Positions 37,943-45,577 of a DNA stretch of 59,221 nt are shown in pieces (the first letter of the stretch is position 1; each line of letters starts with the position of its first letter). Position numbers and translations under genes: made by a program. The notes beneath the pieces were generated by a model. It was not told where the DNA came from and made no database searches. It saw nothing but the letters and a program-made list of their open reading frames with translations. Origin of the DNA: an uncultured bacterium (GTDB lineage Bacteria; Lernaellota; Lernaellaia; Lernaellales; Lernaellaceae); the NCBI GenBank assembly GCA_964534375.1, contig CAZHPN010000009.1, positions 1-59,221 of the forward strand, given 5' to 3'.

Positions 37943-38962
37943 CTACACGTTGAACCGCACGTGCATGATTTCGCCGTCGTTGAGCACGTAGGTCTTGCCT
38001 TCGACTTGCAGCTTGCCGGCGTCGCGGCAGGCCTTGAGCGAACCGAGGGCGAGCAGGGTGTCCCACGGCACGATTTCGGCGCGGATGAAGCCGCGTTCGA
38101 GATCCGAGTGAATGCGCCCCGCGGCCTTCTGCGCGTTCGTGCCCGCGGGCGCCGACCAGGCGCGCACCTCGTCTTCGCCCACCGTGAAAAAGCTGATCAG
38201 ATTGAGTTGCCGATAGGCTTCGCGGGCGAGCGTGTGCGCGGCGGGCTCGCCCAGGCCGAGCTCGGCGGCGAACGCCTGCTGGTCCGCGGCGGGCAGCGCG
38301 GCGACCTCGGCGGCGACCTTCAGGCAGACCGGCGCGACGTGCCGCCCGAAGAGGCGGGCGGCGGGCAGGGCGCCGGCGTCCGCGGCGCCGCCCTCATCGA
38401 CGTTGAGCACGAGCAACTGGGGCGTCATCGTCACCAGGTTCAACCCGGCCAGGCCGGCCTGATCGTTCTCGTCGAACGCCACGCTCCACAGCGGCTGCTC
38501 GGCTTCGAGCGCTTCCTTCGCCTTGTGCACGGCATGCTTGCGCGCGGCCTCCAGCGGCTGCACGTGTTCGCGTTCGATCAGCCGGTCGCAGACGACGAGG
38601 TCGGCGAAGATCATCTCGCCGTCGAGCTTCTCCAGGTCGCGCGCGGCATGGGGCGGATCGCTCGCCGTCGGCGTGGCGCAGGCGCGCAGGACGTGCAGAA
38701 ACAGGTTCGCGCCTTTGATCTGATCGAGGTAGCGTTCGATCTCGCTTTTGCGTTTGGCCTCGCCCTGCGGCCAGGCGGCCTCGCGGGCGCGGATCTCGGC
38801 GTAGACGGTTTTTTTCGGCTTGAACAGCTCGGACAGGCGGTCGATCCGCGGGTCCGGCGTCTTGATCGTGACGATGGCCGCGGCGCCGGCTTCGTGCCCG
38901 GAAAGCGCCGCGAGCAGCGTCGATTTGCCGCAGCCGCCCAGGCCGATGACGGTGATGTCCAT
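37943..38962 (-). CDS. YchF/Ola1-like protein (DUF933/TGS C-terminus) with degenerate switch motifs
   Basis: AAGGAG RBS before ATG 38962; GLGGCGKST, PDPRID.LS..FKPKK, NVDE, FFTVGEDEVRAW, IHSDLERGFIRAE, EGKTY...DGEI..VRFNV. Confidence 0.88.
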   Translation of the reverse strand: MDITVIGLGGCGKSTLLAALSGHEAGAAAIVTIKTPDPRIDRLSELFKPKKTVYAEIRAREAAWPQGEAKRKSEIERYLDQIKGANLFLHVLRACATPTASDPPHAARDLEKLDGEMIFADLVVCDRLIEREHVQPLEAARKHAVHKAKEALEAEQPLWSVAFDENDQAGLAGLNLVTMTPQLLVLNVDEGGAADAGALPAARLFGRHVAPVCLKVAAEVAALPAADQQAFAAELGLGEPAAHTLAREAYRQLNLISFFTVGEDEVRAWSAPAGTNAQKAAGRIHSDLERGFIRAEIVPWDTLLALGSLKACRDAGKLQVEGKTYVLNDGEIMHVRFNV

Positions 38963-39185
38963 GGACTTGCTCCTTCGGGGTCGGGAATCGCATTCAGCGG
39001 ACGCCAGGGTAGCACAGCGCCCGCTTCCTCGCCATTCCCGCCCAATTGCCGGCGGCCATCCCGGGACGGGTCTCCGCGCCCGCCCCCGTCGCCGGGTCTG
39101 CCCCGGTTCCGGCTTCTGCCCCACCGCCGAGGCGCCGCCGAGGCGGCGGGCCCCTTTCCGGCGGGCCCCTTTTCGGCGGCGCCTT

Positions 39186-39369
39186 GCGGGTAGCGCGGAT
39201 AGTGCGGATAGTGGCGGATAGTGTTCCGGCCCGTCCCGCTAGCGTATTGCGTTAACGTTAACTGTATTTTTTCTACTAATGCTGTTAATGAGAAACCACT
39301 ATCCGTCTATCCGCTTGCGCTTTATTTTCCATAACTTATGCGGCGGATAGTGCGGTTTTGACTATCCGC
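39186..39369. repeat. Direct and inverted GCGGATAG repeats around an AT-rich core (iteron/origin-like)
   Basis: Forward copies at 39186 (1 mismatch), 39195, 39204, 39214, 39343; inverted copies at 39299 (1 mismatch), 39307, 39362. Confidence 0.85.
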
Positions 39370-39731
39370 TTTTTCGCCCCACTCCCGCCAAATTCGTCAA
39401 CATCTCGGCTGCACCGTCTCCAAACTCCAAACTTGATGCTTTTGTCTGTGGTCGCGGGTCCGCCCCTTCCCGCTATCGGCCCTGCACGTCACATACGTCC
39501 CCCTAGGTCTGTTTATTCCTTATGACTATTTGGGGGCATATCTGCAGCAGAAGGTGAGATGTTTTTTTTGATATTTTCCCCGGCGGCGCAACCGCTTGAT
39601 AACAAGCCGTTTTTCGCCGGCGTCCTGTAGCGACGAAGTCGCAACAATGCCGGGGCAATCCCCGGTGCGTGCCCGCCGCCGGGGGCTGGCGGGGGCGCCC
39701 GTCCTGCATCCGAGTTGCCGTGCCAAGCCGC

Positions 39732-39815
39732 CTACTGGCCACTGACCACTGGCCTCTGGCTAACGGCTACTTGCCGCTTCCGCCTGACCACTGGCCACTG
39801 GCCACTGGCCACTGT
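39732..39815. repeat. Heptamer tandem repeat CCACTGG, 12 units in register (middle units degenerate)
   Basis: CTACTGG CCACTGA CCACTGG CCTCTGG CTAACGG CTACTTG CCGCTTC CGCCTGA CCACTGG CCACTGG CCACTGG CCACTGT. Confidence 0.88.
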
Positions 39816-39835
39816 TCACACCGCACAGAACGAAT

Positions 39836-39864
39836 TTGACAATTCGGCGGGCCAAGGGTAGTTT
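39836..39864 (+). promoter_or_regulatory. Sigma70-type promoter for the 39981-47736 operon
   Basis: TTGACA, 17 nt, TAGTTT. Confidence 0.7.
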
Positions 39865-39980
39865 CAAACTCGGGGCGGTGGACACGTGGGAGCCTCGAAG
39901 CGGAAAATTCGTGCAATTTCATGGTTTCGCGGGCGGTTTGAACGCGGAGTATTCAACGTGGGGGAGCGCGGAGCGGACCA

Positions 39981-40952
39981 GTGAACAGACCACCTGAGCT
40001 TTTCGATCTGCAACGGTTGACGCGCGAGCCGCTGGCGAACCGCGGCGGCAAGGCGAACGTCGCGGATTTCGCCAAACCGCCGGCCGGCGGGGCCAGCTTC
40101 GCCGAGTGGCTCGATAGTTTGCCGAACATCCAGGCCGGGCGCGAGTTTCGCGAGTTGGTCGAGGCGATCGTCGCGGCGCGGGCGGGCCACCGCGCGGTGC
40201 ACGCGGCCCTCGGCGCGCACGTGGCGAAGGTCGGCCTCGGGCCGCCGCTGGCGGAATGGGCGGCGCGCGGCATTCTGACCGCGGTGGCCGTGAACGGCGC
40301 GTTCATCATTCACGAATACGAGATCGCGGCCGCCGGGTTCACGAGCGAAAACGTCGACGCGGCGCTGCCGGCCGGGGCGTTCGGCATGACCGAGGACACC
40401 GGGCAGGCGATCGCGGCGATGGTTGAGTTGGCCGAACGGCGCGGCGTGGGCCTGGGCCTGGCGGCGGCGGAGTTCCTCGCCGAGGGCGGCTTCCCGCACG
40501 CGGACGCGACGCTGCTGGCGGCGTGCCATCGGGCGGACGTGCCGGTGACGGCGCACGCGGCGCTGGGCGCGGACGTGGCGCATTTGCACCCGGCGCTCGA
40601 TCCGGCGAAATTCGGCGCCGCGTTGATGCGCGATTTTCGCGCTTTCATCACGCTCGTCGGGCGGCTGGAAGACGGCGTTTATCTCAATATCGGCAGCGCC
40701 GTCGTCCTCCCCGAGGTGTTTCTCAAGGCGCTGACCGCGGTGCGCAACGCGGGGATTCCGGTGCAGCGGCTGACGTGCGCGAATTTCGATTTCCTGCGCC
40801 CCTATCGGGCGCTGACCAATGTCGTCAACCGGCCGACGGTCGGCGGCGGGCGCGGCGTCAATCTGACCGGCTCGCACGAAATCTTGATTCCCTTGTTGAC
40901 GGCGGCCGTGCTGCATCGCCTGTGGTCGCCCACGGAGGACCAACAACCATGA
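39981..40952 (+). CDS. Deoxyhypusine-synthase-like fold protein (GSU2086-like), function unknown
   Basis: LGAHVAKVGL, NGAFIIHEYE, GMTEDTG, YLNIGSAVVLPEVFLKALT, NVVNRPT, GSHEILIP. Confidence 0.7.
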   Translation: MNRPPELFDLQRLTREPLANRGGKANVADFAKPPAGGASFAEWLDSLPNIQAGREFRELVEAIVAARAGHRAVHAALGAHVAKVGLGPPLAEWAARGILTAVAVNGAFIIHEYEIAAAGFTSENVDAALPAGAFGMTEDTGQAIAAMVELAERRGVGLGLAAAEFLAEGGFPHADATLLAACHRADVPVTAHAALGADVAHLHPALDPAKFGAALMRDFRAFITLVGRLEDGVYLNIGSAVVLPEVFLKALTAVRNAGIPVQRLTCANFDFLRPYRALTNVVNRPTVGGGRGVNLTGSHEILIPLLTAAVLHRLWSPTEDQQP

Positions 40953-43474
40953 GGGTCCTGGTCGGCGAAGCGAATTACGCCGAGTTCGAGGTGCTCAACG
41001 ACTACCTGACCGGCAAGGGCTTCGCCGTGCAATGGGTCCAGAACGGCGCCGACGCCGTGGCGGCGTTCCGCCAGGCGCAGCCGAATCTGATCATTCTCGA
41101 CGCGTTGCTGCCCGGCCTGACCGGCTTGAAGGTCTGTCAGACCGTGCGCAATCTGCCCGGCGGCGAGGCCGTCAAGACCGTGCTGCTGTCGAAAGTCTAT
41201 CGGCAATTCCGCGCCCAGTACGAATCGCGCAAGACGATGGGCGTCGACGCCTACAGCGAAAAACCGGTGAACGTCGCCGAACTCGACAAGCTGTTGAACG
41301 AACTGCTCGCCGCGCCCCTGGCCGCGGCGCCGGCCGCCCCGGCCGCGGCGCCGTCCGCCAACGGCGGGCCGAGCGCCGCCGGCGCGCCGTTCGGCGAGTT
41401 CGCGCGGGCGGGCCGGTCGGCGCGGGCCGGCGAGGAGGCGGAGCCCGAGCCGGCGACGATCGCGGCGCCGCCCTCGCGGCCGGCGGCGAAGGCCGCGGAA
41501 ACCAAGCGCACGCTGGGCACGACGGGCGCCTTGAGCAGCACGCCGTTTCCGCGGCTGCTGTTTTACCTGCACAAGTTCCGGCGCACCGGCGCGTTGCGGG
41601 TGGCGCACGAGACGATCAGCAAGGTCATTTATTTGCGCGACGGCAACCCGGTGTTCGTGACGTCGAGCCTGTCGAACGAATCGCTGGGGCGCTATCTCGC
41701 GCAGCATTCGTACATCACCGACGAACAATACAATTCCAGCTTGCAGAAGATGGCCGCCACCGGGCGGCAGCAGGGCGACATCCTGCTGGAAATGAACGCC
41801 CTGTCGCCGCACCAGCTTTTCGAGGGCTTGCAGGGGCAAATCCGCGAGAAAATCCTGCGCGTGTTCGCGTGGGACGAAGGCGAATACGAATTCCGTTCGG
41901 GCTCGTTCATGCTCGGCGAGGGCATGCAGGTGAAAATCCCGGCCTTGCCGTTGATTCTCGAGGGGGTCAAACGGTTCTACAACCTGTCGCGGTTGGAGCG
42001 CTATTTCAACGAGTACAAGAATCAGCGCCTCCGCCGGCTCAAAGGCTCGCTGCTGGAAAAGGGCGCGATGAGCCTCGCCCCGCACGAGGCGAAGCTGCTC
42101 AAATTCATCGACGGCAAACTGACGCTCGGCAAGATCGTCGCCCAGAGCCCGGTCGGCCTCTCGGAAACGTTCCAGGTCCTCTATTTCCTGCTGTTGACCG
42201 AGGTCCTGCGGTTCGTCGGCGACCCCGGTTTCGCCAAGCGCGGCCTCGGCGATCACGAGGAATACGCGGCGGTCCGCCGCCGCCAGCACGACGAACTGCG
42301 GTCGCTGCAGGAAGACCGCTCGGGCTACGTCGAAGACAGCCTGCACGTCTTCCGCCGGCGCGTCGCGCGCGCTTTCGAAAACCTCGAACGGAACGATTAC
42401 TACGAACTTCTGGAACTGCCGCGCTACGCCGCGCCGGAGCAGATTCGCCAGTCGTACCACCGCCTCGCCAAGGCCTATCGCCCCTACGATCTCCACCGTC
42501 AGGCGGACGCCGAGCTGCAGGCCAAGAGCGATCGGCTTTTCGCCGCGATCAGCAAAGCCTACGAAACGCTGCTCGACCCCGCCCTGCGCCGCGCCTACGA
42601 CGAGGAACTGGCCAGCCGGCCCGCCGGCGCCGCGGCGCCGCCGCGCTCGCCGGCCCCGCCGCGCCGTCCCGCGGAACCGCCGGAGCAGCCGCGCCACCGC
42701 CCCGAACCGTCCCGGGCCATCGAACCGCCGATTCCGCCCAGTCTGCGCGCCGAAGCGCCGAGCCGCACGCCGCCGCGCGAAACACCGGCCGCCGCGGATT
42801 ACGTGTTCGATTTCGAAGAGCCCGCGGCGGCCGAACCGGCGGCGCCGACGGAGCGGGCCGCGGCCGCCGCGCCGCGGCCGCGCGAGGTCGAGGCCGAGTT
42901 CGCCGCCGACGCCGATTTCATTCCGGCGAGCCAGCGCGTCCAGGAAGACATGGACGCGCCCGACATCGAATGGGCGCCGGAATCCGATCTCGCCGCCGAG
43001 GCCGTCGACGACACCGCCCAGGAGCTGGTCGACTTTGCGGCCGACGAAGAGGAAGAGAAGCGCCTGGCCGAAGCCAGCAGCGTTACGGCGTCCGTCGCCG
43101 ATCTGGTCCGCAGCGAATTGGCGTTCCAACAGGGCGAAGACGCGCTGCACGAGAAGGAGTACGACGAAGCCAAACGGCATTTCGCCGAAGCGATGCGGCT
43201 GAATCAGAAAGAGGCCGAATACTGCGCGTACCTCGGTTTCGCCACGTTCCTCGCGGCGCCGCACGATCCGCACGCCGTCGCCGAGGGCCGCGATCTGATC
43301 GAAAAAGCGGTCAGCATCAACCCGACGCAGGACAGCGCCTACACCTTCCTCGGTCTGGTCCAGTTGCACGAGGGAGCGCGGGAATTGGCGCGGCGCAGCT
43401 TCGAACGCGCCTTGCAATACAATCCGGACAACGCCCGGGCCCAGCAGGAATTGCGCAAGCTGGAGGGGGCCTAA
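40949..43474 (+). CDS. Response regulator: REC - DUF4388-like - J-like - TPR
   Basis: GGAGG RBS and ATGA overlap. REC IILDALLP; RRTGALRV...VFAWDEGEYEF; DYYELLEL...LAKAYRPY; C-terminal TPRs. Confidence 0.85.
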   Translation: MRVLVGEANYAEFEVLNDYLTGKGFAVQWVQNGADAVAAFRQAQPNLIILDALLPGLTGLKVCQTVRNLPGGEAVKTVLLSKVYRQFRAQYESRKTMGVDAYSEKPVNVAELDKLLNELLAAPLAAAPAAPAAAPSANGGPSAAGAPFGEFARAGRSARAGEEAEPEPATIAAPPSRPAAKAAETKRTLGTTGALSSTPFPRLLFYLHKFRRTGALRVAHETISKVIYLRDGNPVFVTSSLSNESLGRYLAQHSYITDEQYNSSLQKMAATGRQQGDILLEMNALSPHQLFEGLQGQIREKILRVFAWDEGEYEFRSGSFMLGEGMQVKIPALPLILEGVKRFYNLSRLERYFNEYKNQRLRRLKGSLLEKGAMSLAPHEAKLLKFIDGKLTLGKIVAQSPVGLSETFQVLYFLLLTEVLRFVGDPGFAKRGLGDHEEYAAVRRRQHDELRSLQEDRSGYVEDSLHVFRRRVARAFENLERNDYYELLELPRYAAPEQIRQSYHRLAKAYRPYDLHRQADAELQAKSDRLFAAISKAYETLLDPALRRAYDEELASRPAGAAAPPRSPAPPRRPAEPPEQPRHRPEPSRAIEPPIPPSLRAEAPSRTPPRETPAAADYVFDFEEPAAAEPAAPTERAAAAAPRPREVEAEFAADADFIPASQRVQEDMDAPDIEWAPESDLAAEAVDDTAQELVDFAADEEEEKRLAEASSVTASVADLVRSELAFQQGEDALHEKEYDEAKRHFAEAMRLNQKEAEYCAYLGFATFLAAPHDPHAVAEGRDLIEKAVSINPTQDSAYTFLGLVQLHEGARELARRSFERALQYNPDNARAQQELRKLEGA

Positions 43475-45577
43475 TTGCCCGCCAAGAGCGTGCTGATCAT
43501 CGAACCGGACGAGGCCGACCGCCGGGAATTGAAGACGATCCTCGGCCGGCTCGGCTATCAGGTTGACGCGGCGGCCAACAGCGCCGAGGGCATCGAGGCG
43601 TTTCGGCGCGGCCGGCACGATCTGGTCGTCGTCGAGGTGCTGCTGTCCGGCGTCAACGGCCTGCAAGTCTGCAAGATGGTGAAGGAGCAGGGCGAAGACT
43701 GGCAGGTCAAGGTCGTCGTCGTGTCGAAGATTTATCAGAGCCGCGCGATGGAATACGACGCGATCAACCGTTACAAAGCCGACGGCTATTTCGCCCGCCC
43801 GTTCCCCCTCATCAAACTGATTGAAAAAATCGGCGCCTTGATCGGCGAACCCGTCGCTCCCCCGCACCCGGCGGGCGCCCGGCCGCGCGCGGCCGAACGC
43901 AGCCCCGCCGGCGAACCGCGCCCGACCGCCGCGCGCGCCGCGCCGGCCAATCCGGCCGAACGCGAGGCGCCGGCGCCGCCCGCGCCGCCGCCGGAGACGA
44001 TCGATTCGCCGCCGCCGCCGGACGAGGGCTCCTTCACGCCGGCCACGTTCGGCCGCATGCTGGCCAAGATCGGCCGCGAGAAAATCGGCGGCGTGCTCCA
44101 GGTCCGGCACGGGCCGGAGATCAAGCATATTTTTTTCGTGGACGGCAAACCGGTCTTCGTCAAGTCGTCCAACGCCGACGAGAGCTTGGGCCGCATGCTG
44201 GTGGCCGACGGCGCGCTGACCAGCGAACAATACGCCGCGGCCGTGACCGAGATGAACGAAACCCGGAAGAAGTTCGGCACCGTCATCGCCGCGCGCGGCT
44301 ACTTGTCGTCCGATGCGCTGTACTATCACCTGGTCAATCAAACCCGCTTGAAAATCGCCCGCTGCTTCGCGTGGGACCGCGGCGAGTACCTGTTCGACCG
44401 CACGGCGCACTATTCGGCCGAAGCGACGATGTTCGAGAGCGAGGCGTCCGCCGTCGTGCTCGAAGGCTACCGCCGCTGCATCGACGCCGCGCCGCTGGAG
44501 GCCGATTACGAACGCGACAAGACGCGCTACGTCTTCCCCGGCGATCCGGCGCTGGCCGCCGAGGCCCGCGAGCGCCTGACGCCCGACGAACGCGACCTGC
44601 TGGCCGCGGCCGACGGCCGCAGGCAATTGCGCGATGTGGTCGGCGACAGCCCCCTGGGCCTCATGGCGGCGTTGCGCGTGATCAACGCGCTCGCCTGCCT
44701 GGGCGCCGTCCGGTTGACGCCGATCGAAAAACGCGAAGACTTGGCGCCCTACGAAACCGTGCCGCCGCCCGAGATCGACGCGCCCGAGGCCGAGCCCGGC
44801 GGCGTCGAGCGCTATCGGGATCTCAAAATTCTGTACGTGAAGATGGACGACCTCAATTACTTCGAACTGCTCGACGTGCCGCCGGATGTCGATCCCGAGG
44901 CATTGCGCGCGGCGTTCGAGGCCCTGGAGCGAAAATATCACCCCGAGGCGTTCACCCTCGGCGCCCCGGCCCGCGTGCTGCGGATGGCGGCGACCGTGGT
45001 GCGCCGTCTGCGCAAGGCGTACGACGTGCTGCGCGACCCGGCGGCCCGCGACGACTACAGCCGCCGCGTGGCCGTGGGCCTGTACGCCGACCGGCGCGCG
45101 GCGACGCCGGCCGCGCCGGGGAAAGAGCCCGAGGCGGCGGACGGCCAGCGCGAGGCGCAGCGCTGTTATCAGGAAGGCCAGCTCGCGTTGGAGCAGCGGA
45201 AGCACGCGCTGGCCGCCGAGCGGTTCAAGAAAGCCGCGGCGCTCAATCCGAAAAACGCGGAGTACCAGGCGAAGCACGCGTGGGCCATGTTCAAACAGCT
45301 CGACGAGCCGGGCCTGACGTGGGACGACGTGGAGCGGACCGTGAAGGCGGCGTTGGCGGCGACGGGCGAGCGGGCGGACCTGTTGGGCGTGCTCGGCCGC
45401 GTGCGGGCCCGCCAGGGCGACGACGAGAAGGCCCTGCGCTATCTGAAGAAGGCTCTGGCGCTGGACCCGAACAATCAGGATCTTCGCCGCGAGGCGCGTT
45501 TTGCCGAGCAGCGCTTGAAAAAGGATGACGCGAAAAAAGACGAGAAGAAAAAATCGATCTTCGGGAAGCGATCATGA
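43475..45577 (+). CDS. Atypical response regulator: REC(D>E) - DUF4388-like - J-like - TPR
   Basis: TTG start right after the upstream stop with GGAGG upstream. VVVEVLLS; CFAWDRGEYLF; NYFELLDV...KYHPE; TPRs. Confidence 0.85.
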   Translation: MPAKSVLIIEPDEADRRELKTILGRLGYQVDAAANSAEGIEAFRRGRHDLVVVEVLLSGVNGLQVCKMVKEQGEDWQVKVVVVSKIYQSRAMEYDAINRYKADGYFARPFPLIKLIEKIGALIGEPVAPPHPAGARPRAAERSPAGEPRPTAARAAPANPAEREAPAPPAPPPETIDSPPPPDEGSFTPATFGRMLAKIGREKIGGVLQVRHGPEIKHIFFVDGKPVFVKSSNADESLGRMLVADGALTSEQYAAAVTEMNETRKKFGTVIAARGYLSSDALYYHLVNQTRLKIARCFAWDRGEYLFDRTAHYSAEATMFESEASAVVLEGYRRCIDAAPLEADYERDKTRYVFPGDPALAAEARERLTPDERDLLAAADGRRQLRDVVGDSPLGLMAALRVINALACLGAVRLTPIEKREDLAPYETVPPPEIDAPEAEPGGVERYRDLKILYVKMDDLNYFELLDVPPDVDPEALRAAFEALERKYHPEAFTLGAPARVLRMAATVVRRLRKAYDVLRDPAARDDYSRRVAVGLYADRRAATPAAPGKEPEAADGQREAQRCYQEGQLALEQRKHALAAERFKKAAALNPKNAEYQAKHAWAMFKQLDEPGLTWDDVERTVKAALAATGERADLLGVLGRVRARQGDDEKALRYLKKALALDPNNQDLRREARFAEQRLKKDDAKKDEKKKSIFGKRS

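Noticed and set aside
39186..39369. Canonical oriC call
   Set aside because: No exact TTATCCACA boxes, no dnaA/dnaN nearby, and orientation differs from the known box-trio layout. Kept only as a hypothesis in findings.
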